From Clostridia bacterium (GTDB lineage Bacteria; Bacillota; Clostridia; Oscillospirales; CAG-382): a stretch of DNA of 64,000 nt. Position numbers and translations under genes: made by a program. This document shows positions 16,575 through 26,248 of the stretch, in pieces. The notes beneath the pieces are model-generated. The model was not told the DNA's origin. It saw nothing but the letters and a program-made list of their open reading frames with translations, and made no database searches. How positions within the stretch are numbered: the stretch's first letter is position 1; the number at the start of each line of letters is the position of its first letter. The stretch spans positions 459-64,458 of the forward strand of contig JAFXDO010000066.1 of assembly GCA_017563195.1 (NCBI GenBank), in the 5' to 3' direction.

Positions 16575-17426
16575 ATGGCAGAATTCGTATTTTCGGCATT
16601 TTCCGATGAAATCGATTCAAATTTCGATAAGCAGATCGAAGCGGTTAAGGCACTTGGCATTGGTATGATCGAGCTTCGCGGTGTTGACGGCAAGAGCTTT
16701 ATCGAGCTTACCGACGACGAGGCTTATGCCGTAAAGGCAAAGCTTGACGCGAACGGAATCACGCTTTCTGCGCTCGGAACACCAATCGGCAAAATGAACG
16801 TCGACGGTGATTTTGAAGCTCATCTTAAGCTTCTTGACAGAATTATGGACATCGGCGATATTTTAGGATGCAAGGTCCTTCGTATGTTCAGCTTCTACCC
16901 TGCCGATGGTATGAGCGACAACGAATTCAAAAGCGTCGCATTCGAATTCGTCGGTAAATTACTTGATAAAGCCGATGAGCGCGGATTTATCCTTTGCCAC
17001 GAAAACGAAAAGGATATTTTCGGTTGCTCGCCGGAGCGCGAGCTTGAGCTTATGGAACATTTCGGAGGCAGACTGAAAGCAGTCCTTGATCCGGGAAACT
17101 TTGCATTCTGTTTTGAGGATGCATCGAAGGGATATCCGCTTTTGAAGGATTATATCCATTATTTCCATATCAAGGATGCTGATGAAAGCGGTGCTATCGT
17201 TCCTCCCGGAAAGGGCGTTGCTTGTCTTTATGAAACGCTTAAAGCAATAAACGAAGACAGAAAAGGTAAGGTCATCCTTACGATGGAGCCGCATCTGATG
17301 AATTTCACCGGTCTTTCGAGTCTATCCAAGCTCGACGACATACATCACGTTTATTCTTTTGAAACGCCCTTCGAAGCCTTCAAGGTAGCAACGGAGGCTG
17401 TTCGGGAAATGGTAAGTAAGCTTTGA
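16575..17426 (+). CDS. Sugar phosphate isomerase/epimerase (xylose isomerase-like TIM barrel)
   Basis: Trimmed to MAEFVFSAFSDEI (ATG 1 nt after the MORN gene stop). The track ORF from 16230 is a read-in extension overlapping the MORN gene. Confidence 0.75.
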   Translation: MAEFVFSAFSDEIDSNFDKQIEAVKALGIGMIELRGVDGKSFIELTDDEAYAVKAKLDANGITLSALGTPIGKMNVDGDFEAHLKLLDRIMDIGDILGCKVLRMFSFYPADGMSDNEFKSVAFEFVGKLLDKADERGFILCHENEKDIFGCSPERELELMEHFGGRLKAVLDPGNFAFCFEDASKGYPLLKDYIHYFHIKDADESGAIVPPGKGVACLYETLKAINEDRKGKVILTMEPHLMNFTGLSSLSKLDDIHHVYSFETPFEAFKVATEAVREMVSKL

Positions 17427-19009
17427 TTATTTTCAAAAAAGCCGGTGCGTTTTTCATACGCACCGCCGAGAGCAAGCGCGCTTCGCTTTTACTTTGCTTT
17501 ATTGCGGGGGCGATAGGCGCGCTTCCCTATTTTATTGACGCCCTATTCATCCTTACGCTTGTTTCATTAGTTGCGCAGTTTTATGTCGCGTTTCGTCAAA
17601 AGCAGCTTTATTCGCGTATATACAAGCCGTTTTTCTACTATTTCTTGGGCTTGTATCTCCCGCTTTACAGCTTTCTTTCCGAAATGTACCCGTTCGACAG
17701 ATTCGGATTCAACGCATCTCAGGCGACCTTCGTTCTTATATGTGCCTGCATCGGCATACCGATGCTCCACGCCTGCATTCAGGCGACGTTTATGCTGTTG
17801 TCCAAGTTTTTGAAGGGTAACGTGCAGGAGCTGTTCGGTTATTCTGCACTTTGGGTGTTGAACGAATGGCTGTTAACCTTGGGGTTTATGGCATTTCCGT
17901 GGGGCGGAGTTGCCGTTTCAATGACAGGCTGTCTTCCCTATTTACAAACCGCGTCCCTGTTCGGCAAGTACTTCATCACGTTTATCACAGCGTTCGCCTG
18001 CGTTGCATTCGCGAAAGCGCTGATCGAAAGAAAGGCTGTGCTTTCAATAGTCGCTTCCTTAATAATCGTTATTAACACGGTTGTTGGGTGTGTACTTTGG
18101 GCAATTCCTGTTAAAAGTTCCGAGAGCGTCGACGTTGCTTTGATTCAGGGCAACGTGCTCTCCAACGAAAAATGGGACAGCGAAAACCAAGGCACTATCT
18201 TTTCGCGATACACCGAAATGGCGTCGGAGGCGGCAGAAAAAGGCGTCGATATCGTACTTTTGCCGGAAAGTGCCATTCCGAATCACTTTGTCAAAAACGG
18301 TGCATTGCACAGGGCATTTGCCGAAATCGCATCTGTTTATGACGTCACTCTTGTTGTGGGCGTGCAATACTATGAGCCCGAGACAAAAGAATCATTTAAT
18401 GCAGTCGTCGCAGTCTATCCCAACGGAAGCGTATCGGATCATTACGACAAAAGGCATCTCGTTCCATTCGGGGAGTTCATACCTTTTGCAGACGTTATAG
18501 GGCGATTTCTCCCCTTTGTTGCCGAGCTGAACCAAGGCTCGAGCAGTTTTACCGAAGGGACCGAAGCGGTGATCCTTAATACCGAAAAAGCTAAAGTTGC
18601 ACCGCTTGTCTGCTTCGACTCGATATTCACGAGTTATGCCCGCGAGGGAGTAAACGGAGGCGCCGATATTCTTGCGATCGTGACGAATGACAGTTGGTTT
18701 AACGACAGCGTCGGCGTCTATACGCATTTAAGGCACGCTCAGCTACGCGCTATTGAAAATCAGCGATATATTATTCGCGCCGCAAACACCGGTGTATCGG
18801 CGTATATCGACGCTAAGGGGCAGATCCTCTTTAAAACCGAACCTTTGGTTTGCGACGTTGCATATGAACGCGTATATACAGTCGAAGGCAGAACTCTGTA
18901 TTCCCATATAGGCGATATTCCGGTGACAATTTCATTTATTATCGTTTTATCTTTCGTTATCATCAACATATACAATACCGTAAGGAGTAAGAAAAATGGA
19001 AATCATTAA
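17423..19009 (+). CDS. lnt: Apolipoprotein N-acyltransferase-like protein (polytopic N-domain + CN-hydrolase domain)
   Basis: 528 aa. TTG start overlaps the upstream stop (TTGA). Multi-TM N-terminus. Candidate Glu-Lys-Cys triad in LLPESAIP, YDKRHLVPFGEFIP and APLVCFDSIF. Confidence 0.7.
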   Translation: MIIFKKAGAFFIRTAESKRASLLLCFIAGAIGALPYFIDALFILTLVSLVAQFYVAFRQKQLYSRIYKPFFYYFLGLYLPLYSFLSEMYPFDRFGFNASQATFVLICACIGIPMLHACIQATFMLLSKFLKGNVQELFGYSALWVLNEWLLTLGFMAFPWGGVAVSMTGCLPYLQTASLFGKYFITFITAFACVAFAKALIERKAVLSIVASLIIVINTVVGCVLWAIPVKSSESVDVALIQGNVLSNEKWDSENQGTIFSRYTEMASEAAEKGVDIVLLPESAIPNHFVKNGALHRAFAEIASVYDVTLVVGVQYYEPETKESFNAVVAVYPNGSVSDHYDKRHLVPFGEFIPFADVIGRFLPFVAELNQGSSSFTEGTEAVILNTEKAKVAPLVCFDSIFTSYAREGVNGGADILAIVTNDSWFNDSVGVYTHLRHAQLRAIENQRYIIRAANTGVSAYIDAKGQILFKTEPLVCDVAYERVYTVEGRTLYSHIGDIPVTISFIIVLSFVIINIYNTVRSKKNGNH

Positions 19010-19853
19010 GCTTCACGAAACCGAAATTTACGACGGTGCCTCTACCGTAACGGTAGAATTAATGCTTCACCGTGTATCGCCTGAGCTCACCAAGGGCAGA
19101 CGCCCTGCAATGATCGTATTCCCGGGTGGCGGTTATCAGTTCACGTCAGATCGAGAAGCCGAGCCTATTGCAAGTGCATATTTTGCTGAAGGCTACAATA
19201 CCTTTACGGTAAGATATATAACCGGAGATAAGGCAAAGATCGCAAATCCTCTGCTCGACGCAGCCGCTGCAATCGCGCACGTTCGTACGAACGCAGAAAA
19301 GTATTGCATCGACCCCGACAAGATTGCTGTTATCGGATTTTCTGCGGGCGGACACCTCGCAGGGTTTATTGCAACTCAGTGGCATTGCAAATTCATTGCA
19401 GACAAGCTTGGTATCGACAACGAGCTTTGCAAGCCAAATGCGGCGATTCTCGGCTATCCCGTCGTTACCCAGAACGTACCCACGCACGAGGGCTCGTTTA
19501 ATTATCTTATGGGCTTTGAACGCAACGATGAGCTCAACCACATAGCAAACCTCGATGAAAACGTAGACGAGCGCACCTGTCCCTGCTTCATATGGCACAC
19601 CGCAACCGACGACGCCGTACCTGTCGCAAACTCGCTTGCGATGGCACGCGCTTTGACCGACAAGGGCATCAATTGCGAGCTTCACATCTTCCCGATGGGC
19701 AGACACGGTCTTTCTCGCTGCACCTCCGAAACCGCGCCCGACTGGGGCACAAAGGAGTATACTCTCCCCTACGTCGCAAGATGGACGAAGTGGTCGATCA
19801 AATGGCTAGAGCAGGTATTGTTTGACGGTCAGTTCAAGATGAATATCATCTAA
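18996..19853 (+). CDS. Alpha/beta hydrolase (esterase/lipase-like)
   Basis: 285 aa. FPGGGY oxyanion region and GFSAGGHLA nucleophile elbow. AAGGAG SD. Confidence 0.75.
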   Translation: MEIIKLHETEIYDGASTVTVELMLHRVSPELTKGRRPAMIVFPGGGYQFTSDREAEPIASAYFAEGYNTFTVRYITGDKAKIANPLLDAAAAIAHVRTNAEKYCIDPDKIAVIGFSAGGHLAGFIATQWHCKFIADKLGIDNELCKPNAAILGYPVVTQNVPTHEGSFNYLMGFERNDELNHIANLDENVDERTCPCFIWHTATDDAVPVANSLAMARALTDKGINCELHIFPMGRHGLSRCTSETAPDWGTKEYTLPYVARWTKWSIKWLEQVLFDGQFKMNII

Positions 19854-19860
19854 TAATCCA

Positions 19861-19892
19861 AAAAGCTGTTGCGTTAATGCAACAGCTTTTTT
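19861..19892 (+). terminator. Rho-independent terminator after the esterase gene
   Basis: GCTGTTGC-gttaat-GCAACAGC followed by T6. Confidence 0.7.
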
Positions 19893-19940
19893 GTATATAT
19901 TTTCCTAACTGCGGCAAAATAGCAAAAAGGAGAATTTGCT

Positions 19941-20024
19941 ATGGTCGGATTCGCAATAGGGTTATTTGCAGGTGCACTTTTCGGCGTTTTCTTTATGTGC
20001 ATAATGCAAATTCAGCAAAACTAA
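19941..20024 (+). CDS. 27-aa hydrophobic micro-protein (MVGFAIGLFAGALFGVFFMCIMQIQQN)
   Basis: AAGGAGA SD 7 nt before the ATG. Single predicted TM helix. Bracketed by terminators on both sides. Too short for the ORF track. Confidence 0.45.
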   Translation: MVGFAIGLFAGALFGVFFMCIMQIQQN

Positions 20025-20048
20025 AAGAGGCTGTCAACAGCCTCTTTT
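20023..20048 (+). terminator. Terminator immediately after the micro-ORF (A/T-flanked, potentially bidirectional)
   Basis: AAAA-GAGGCTG-tcaa-CAGCCTC-TTTT. Confidence 0.65.
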
Positions 20049-20101
20049 AAAATTGAAATGATGTATTTTTCGGGGACATGCGCCTCGAAAAAAACTCCTA
20101 T

Positions 20102-20156
20102 GAACTTCGCGAGTTCGGACATTTATGCACGAACTCGGCGCGAGCGAACGAAGTTC
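20102..20156. repeat. Nested inverted repeats built from four copies of a GAACT(T)CG motif
   Basis: gaacttcg|cgagttcg-12 nt-cgaactcg-11 nt-cgaagttc. The outer and inner 8-bp arms are exact reverse complements. Confidence 0.5.
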
Positions 20157-20167
20157 CAAAGCCTTAA

Positions 20168-20195
20168 CGTTTGAAAACGCATGCGTTTTCAAACG
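20168..20195. repeat. Perfect 28-nt palindrome 16 nt downstream of the groEL stop (hairpin terminator or protein-binding site)
   Basis: CGTTTGAAAACGCATGCGTTTTCAAACG equals its own reverse complement. No clean U-tract follows on either strand. Confidence 0.5.
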
Positions 20196-20210
20196 AGAGC
20201 GCAGCGATTA

Positions 20211-21854
<1,644 letters not shown>

Positions 21855-21867
21855 TTACCTCCCTGAA

Positions 21868-22155
<288 letters not shown>

Positions 22156-22247
22156 TTACCTCCATTTGGAACATTTATCTTACGTTATTTGTTATACACC
22201 GAGAATATGAACATTCTATGTATTTTAATAGTTACATTTGTAAAGAA

Positions 22248-22274
22248 TTGGCATTCAACGCACACGAGTGCTAA
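22248..22274 (-). promoter_or_regulatory. CIRCE (HrcA operator)-like inverted repeat
   Basis: The sense strand reads TTAGCACTC-N9-GAATGCCAA against the consensus TTAGCACTC-N9-GAGTGCTAA (2 mismatches in one arm). It lies 96 nt upstream of the groES ATG. Confidence 0.7.
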
Positions 22275-22368
22275 CGTTTTACTTTTCAAAAGTCGAATTA
22301 TGGAAAAAACAGCTTGCAAACAGCGATTCGAATTGAAAGAAAAAGCTTATTTACCGAATGCCCACGCT

Positions 22369-22397
22369 ATTATATATTAAAGATGACGAAATTGCAA
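22369..22397 (-). promoter_or_regulatory. Candidate sigma-A promoter for groES-groEL
   Basis: Minus strand reads TTGCAA-N17-TATAAT, just downstream of the methyltransferase stop (22406). It is unusually far (~95 nt) upstream of CIRCE. Confidence 0.4.
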
Positions 22398-22405
22398 GAT
22401 ATTAT

Positions 22406-23530
22406 TTACTTTTTCGGCTTGAAAAACTGATAAAGATTGCACTTGATCATTCCGTTGTACAGAACGCGTCTTTTATCGCTTCGTCTGCCGAAATATCTTT
22501 CGAACAATTCATCGGACGTGATAATATACATCTGCCAGGAAGGAACCGTATCAGAAAGCCGCTTCCCCAGCGCCTTGGCAAGATCACGCGCCTGAGTAAG
22601 ATCACCAAGTCTTTCGCCGTATGGCGGGTTTGTGATTATTGTACCGCGTGCGCCCTCTACGGGAGACACAAACTCACGTGCGTCGGCTAACTTAAACTCT
22701 ACACAATGTGATACTCTTGCTTTTCTTGCGTTTTCATTTGCGAGCTCAACCATTGCAGGGTCGATATCAGAGCCGTATATACGTGTCAGAGGCTCGCGTA
22801 CCGCAGCTCTCGCCGCTTCCCTTTCGCTGGTCCAAGCCGATGCATTAAGCAGCTTGAATTCCTCAGCCGCAAATCGGCGGTTAACGCCCGGTGCTATATT
22901 GCAAGCCTGCAGCGCAGCCTCAATTGCAATGGTTCCGCTTCCGCAAAGCGGATCGCAAATAATAACGTTATCGCGCATACGGGAAAGCTTTACCATTGCC
23001 GCGGCGAGAGTTTCGCGGAGCGGAGCGGCACCCGCAACTGCACGGTAGCCGCGCTTATGCAGTCCGTTGCCCGTTGTATCGATCATCAGTGTAGCTACGT
23101 CGTTAAGGATAAAGAACTCAATCTGATATTTGACGCCTGTTTCGGGAAATATGCGTATATTATATTTCGCCGAAAGCGAGTCTACAACCGCCTTTTTGAT
23201 TATCTTCTGACAGTCGGGAATCGAAAACAGCTTGCTGCGAATCGAATGACCCTTAACCGGGAACGCGTCGTTTTTGCCGATGAAGTCTGCCCAAGGAAGA
23301 CGCTTGGTTCCTTCAAAAAGATCATCGAAGCTGAACGCCTTAAACGAGCCGAGCTTTATAAGCACACGCTCTGCCGTACGAAGCTGTATATTGCATCTTG
23401 CGATCGCATCGACGGGAGCCTCGAAGGTCACTCGGCCGTCAATCGTTTCGATTCTCTTATATCCGAGGCTGTCGATCTCCTCACCGAGAAGTCCTTCAAG
23501 TCCGAACAAGCAGGTTGCTACCAATAACAT
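22406..23530 (-). CDS. THUMP-domain class I SAM-dependent RNA methyltransferase (RlmL/YpsC-like)
   Basis: 374 aa. N-terminal THUMP-like region and a catalytic NPPYGERLG motif. Confidence 0.85.
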   Translation of the reverse strand: MLLVATCLFGLEGLLGEEIDSLGYKRIETIDGRVTFEAPVDAIARCNIQLRTAERVLIKLGSFKAFSFDDLFEGTKRLPWADFIGKNDAFPVKGHSIRSKLFSIPDCQKIIKKAVVDSLSAKYNIRIFPETGVKYQIEFFILNDVATLMIDTTGNGLHKRGYRAVAGAAPLRETLAAAMVKLSRMRDNVIICDPLCGSGTIAIEAALQACNIAPGVNRRFAAEEFKLLNASAWTSEREAARAAVREPLTRIYGSDIDPAMVELANENARKARVSHCVEFKLADAREFVSPVEGARGTIITNPPYGERLGDLTQARDLAKALGKRLSDTVPSWQMYIITSDELFERYFGRRSDKRRVLYNGMIKCNLYQFFKPKK

Positions 23531-23649
23531 TATATACTCCAGCCTAAACTTTTATTTCTTTATCACAAATATCTGCAACTGGTTTATTATACCACAATTT
23601 TCCTTTATTTGCAATGCTTTAAAAACAAAAAGCCCATAAGGACTTTTTG

Positions 23650-25023
23650 TTATCGGATCACGTACGTGCCGAAATAATGACGTCTTACAAGTATGCAGTC
23701 GTAAACGTCGATGGTTCCGTCTCTGTTGACGTCCGCAAGGATGCGTTCTTCGGCGGTCGGATAGTAGGTTTCGAAGTAAATCCGTTTACAGAGGACGTAA
23801 TCATACGTATCGATGACTCCGTCGCTGTTTATATCGCCTATTTTACCCGTCTCCGGCTGTTCAGGCTGTTCGGAATACTCGGGATATTTACCGTTCCTTG
23901 CATTGTCAATATCGGATTCGGTAAGAGTACCCTTCGCGTATTTATAGGTGAGATCGTAAATCACACGCATTTGGAACTCTTCGGATTTTGATGCCGTACC
24001 AAACGCCGCAGGCTTTTTGTCCTGATAATACATCTTAATGCTGTCCATAGCGCCGTACTTCATACCGTCCTCCAAATAAAGAAGATAGCGGTTGAAATGC
24101 TCTTTGCTGTGGAACGCAAGCGGGTCGACCTCCATTTCCATTCCGAGGCCATACTGCTTGGAATAATTGATGCTTTGCCGTACGCGATTATAATCGGGTT
24201 GATCTGCCCAGAAAAGATTTGGCTGCATACACGCCACGTCAAATCCCAGTTCCTTCCAATCGGTGCTGCCATAAGCTTGATACCAAGGGATCCATATGAA
24301 TTTAAGACCAAGCGAATGGAGATAATCGGCGGTATAATTAAGCAGCTCAATATCCTTTTGCGTGTGCTCGTAGTTGAACAAATACTCCTCGAACCAATAG
24401 AAGCCTACCATATCAAGATTCTCGTAGCCTCCATCGGTATATCTGGATATCTGCTCGTCGATCATCCATTTTACAGCCTTCTTACGATCATCATTGCTCG
24501 AAAAATCGAGATGCTCACCGTTAATGCTCCCAAAGTTCGTTTGCGTGTGAATGGGATAAAGTATCGTGAAGAAAACGCCTGCCTTTTTGTCCGATGCATC
24601 CTGCATTTCGTCCTTTACTTGTCCGAATGCAGTGTTTAATGCATCGACGTTATAGCCCTCCTTGAAGGTATCGTCAATATAGCTTGTCCAGTCCAAAAGA
24701 TTCGACGGATCGGCGAACGATCCTACCATCGAGCCGCCCGAGGGGCCGAAAGAGACACAAGGCAGAAAGAGGAAGCTGTCGAAAAAGTAGTCCTTAAGCA
24801 ATCCGCTTCTGTCATAATAGCCGACGTACGGGAGCAGATCCTCAACGGTATGCGCTCCCATTTCGTTGTAGCTGTTATAGTAGTCGAACGTATAGGTCAG
24901 GCAGACGTTTTCGTATCCGTCGAGTTCATCTGCTGTCGGCATACCGCTTTCTGCAGCGATGACCGAAGCGGCACAGGAATACAAAAGCAACAACGCAATC
25001 ATTAAAGCTGTGGTTTTCTTCAT
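23650..25023 (-). CDS. Secreted DUF4855-like (putative glycoside-hydrolase-like) protein with C-terminal dockerin
   Basis: Start set at MKKTTALMIALLLLYSCAA (signal peptide); the track ATG is at 25056. Core motifs FLFLP..SFGPSGG, GFYWFEEY, IWIPWYQA, GMEMEVD. C-terminal duplicated Ca-binding repeats DINSDGVIDTYDYVLCKR / DVNRDGTIDVYDCILVRR. The DUF number is recalled from memory and not verified. Confidence 0.7.
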   Translation of the reverse strand: MKKTTALMIALLLLYSCAASVIAAESGMPTADELDGYENVCLTYTFDYYNSYNEMGAHTVEDLLPYVGYYDRSGLLKDYFFDSFLFLPCVSFGPSGGSMVGSFADPSNLLDWTSYIDDTFKEGYNVDALNTAFGQVKDEMQDASDKKAGVFFTILYPIHTQTNFGSINGEHLDFSSNDDRKKAVKWMIDEQISRYTDGGYENLDMVGFYWFEEYLFNYEHTQKDIELLNYTADYLHSLGLKFIWIPWYQAYGSTDWKELGFDVACMQPNLFWADQPDYNRVRQSINYSKQYGLGMEMEVDPLAFHSKEHFNRYLLYLEDGMKYGAMDSIKMYYQDKKPAAFGTASKSEEFQMRVIYDLTYKYAKGTLTESDIDNARNGKYPEYSEQPEQPETGKIGDINSDGVIDTYDYVLCKRIYFETYYPTAEERILADVNRDGTIDVYDCILVRRHYFGTYVIR

Positions 25024-25092
25024 AATAATCCCTTTTTCTTTTATTCTATCATTCACTCTTTATTAATTGATGTTGAATGTGTTATCGATATG

Positions 25093-25117
25093 TAAAAACG
25101 CCCTTTGAAAAGGGCGT
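25093..25117 (-). terminator. Rho-independent terminator after the ChrA pair
   Basis: ACGCCCTT-tgaa-AAGGGCGT, followed by T5 on the minus strand. Confidence 0.65.
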
Positions 25118-25124
25118 CTATACG

Positions 25125-25694
25125 TCAAAGCAGCAGTTTTTCTGCGTATCCCGATATAATTCCGAGGCCTGCTGAGCCAAGAATCAGATATATGGGATTG
25201 ACCTTCTTGAATGCAAGAATGACAACAAGCACGAAAATTATCAGCGAGCTGAAGAAGCCGAAATCAAAAGCCGCAAGATCAATTCCGTTCGGGAAAAATA
25301 CGCCGTAACCAAGCTCGATTATCGCTGCAGCGATAAGCCCAATAACGACGGGACGCAAGCCTGTCAGACAGTTTCGTACGATAAAGCTGTTTTTATACTT
25401 GGTATAAAACTTTGCAACCAGAAGAATTATTACAAACGAAGGCAATACCACGCCGAGTGTTGCGCAGAAGGCTCCGAACACGCCGGCTCTTTCAACGCCG
25501 ATATAAGTCGCCATATTGACAGCAACCGGTCCGGGGGTAGATTCTGCAACCGCTATAAAGTTCAGCAGCTGTTCCTCACTCATCCATCCGCGAAGCAGAA
25601 CCTCCTGTTTCATAAGAGGAAGCATTGCATATCCGCCGCCGAAGGTAAACGCACCGATTTTCAAAAAGATAAGAAAGAGCTCAAGAAAGATCAT
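25125..25694 (-). CDS. Chromate transporter (CHR) family half-size subunit
   Basis: 189 aa, polytopic. KIGAFTFGGGYAMLPL signature. Overlaps its partner by 4 nt. Confidence 0.85.
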   Translation of the reverse strand: MIFLELFLIFLKIGAFTFGGGYAMLPLMKQEVLLRGWMSEEQLLNFIAVAESTPGPVAVNMATYIGVERAGVFGAFCATLGVVLPSFVIILLVAKFYTKYKNSFIVRNCLTGLRPVVIGLIAAAIIELGYGVFFPNGIDLAAFDFGFFSSLIIFVLVVILAFKKVNPIYLILGSAGLGIISGYAEKLLL

Positions 25695-26248
25695 TTTGAA
25701 CTCCTTTCCCCGACGAGCAATGCTGTAGCAAGACCAATCAGCGCACCACCAATTATAACAAAAAGCACGTTAACACCGGTAAAGAGAACTACCGCAAATG
25801 CCGCAACGGCAAGGATAGCCGAAAACAGATTCTTCGGACATTGCTTCGCCATGCCGTACAGCGCCTTCACGATAAGAGCAATTACACCGGCGCGTATACC
25901 GGTAAATGCAAATGCTACCGGTTCGTACTGAAGCAGCTTCTCAAGCACGAAGGACAACGCGGTAATTATTATGAAAGAAGGCATCACGGTTCCCAAAGTC
26001 GCAGAAAACGCACCCCAAAAGCCGCAGGCTCTCGTGCCGACAAATGTCGCTGTATTAATGGCGATCGGACCGGGCGTCGATTCTGCGATAGCAACTATAT
26101 CGAGCATTGTGGATTCCTCGATCCACTTGCGCTTTTCAGCCACCTCGCGCTGTATCAGCGGAAGCATTGCATACCCGCCGCCGATAGTAAACGCGCCGAT
26201 TTTGAAAAAGGTGCCGAAAAGACTTAAGCACATCTTGAATTTGTTCAT
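25691..26248 (-). CDS. Chromate transporter (CHR) family half-size subunit
   Basis: 185 aa. KIGAFTIGGGYAMLPL signature. Its start overlaps the stop of the upstream dockerin gene by 1 nt. Confidence 0.85.
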   Translation of the reverse strand: MNKFKMCLSLFGTFFKIGAFTIGGGYAMLPLIQREVAEKRKWIEESTMLDIVAIAESTPGPIAINTATFVGTRACGFWGAFSATLGTVMPSFIIITALSFVLEKLLQYEPVAFAFTGIRAGVIALIVKALYGMAKQCPKNLFSAILAVAAFAVVLFTGVNVLFVIIGGALIGLATALLVGERSSK

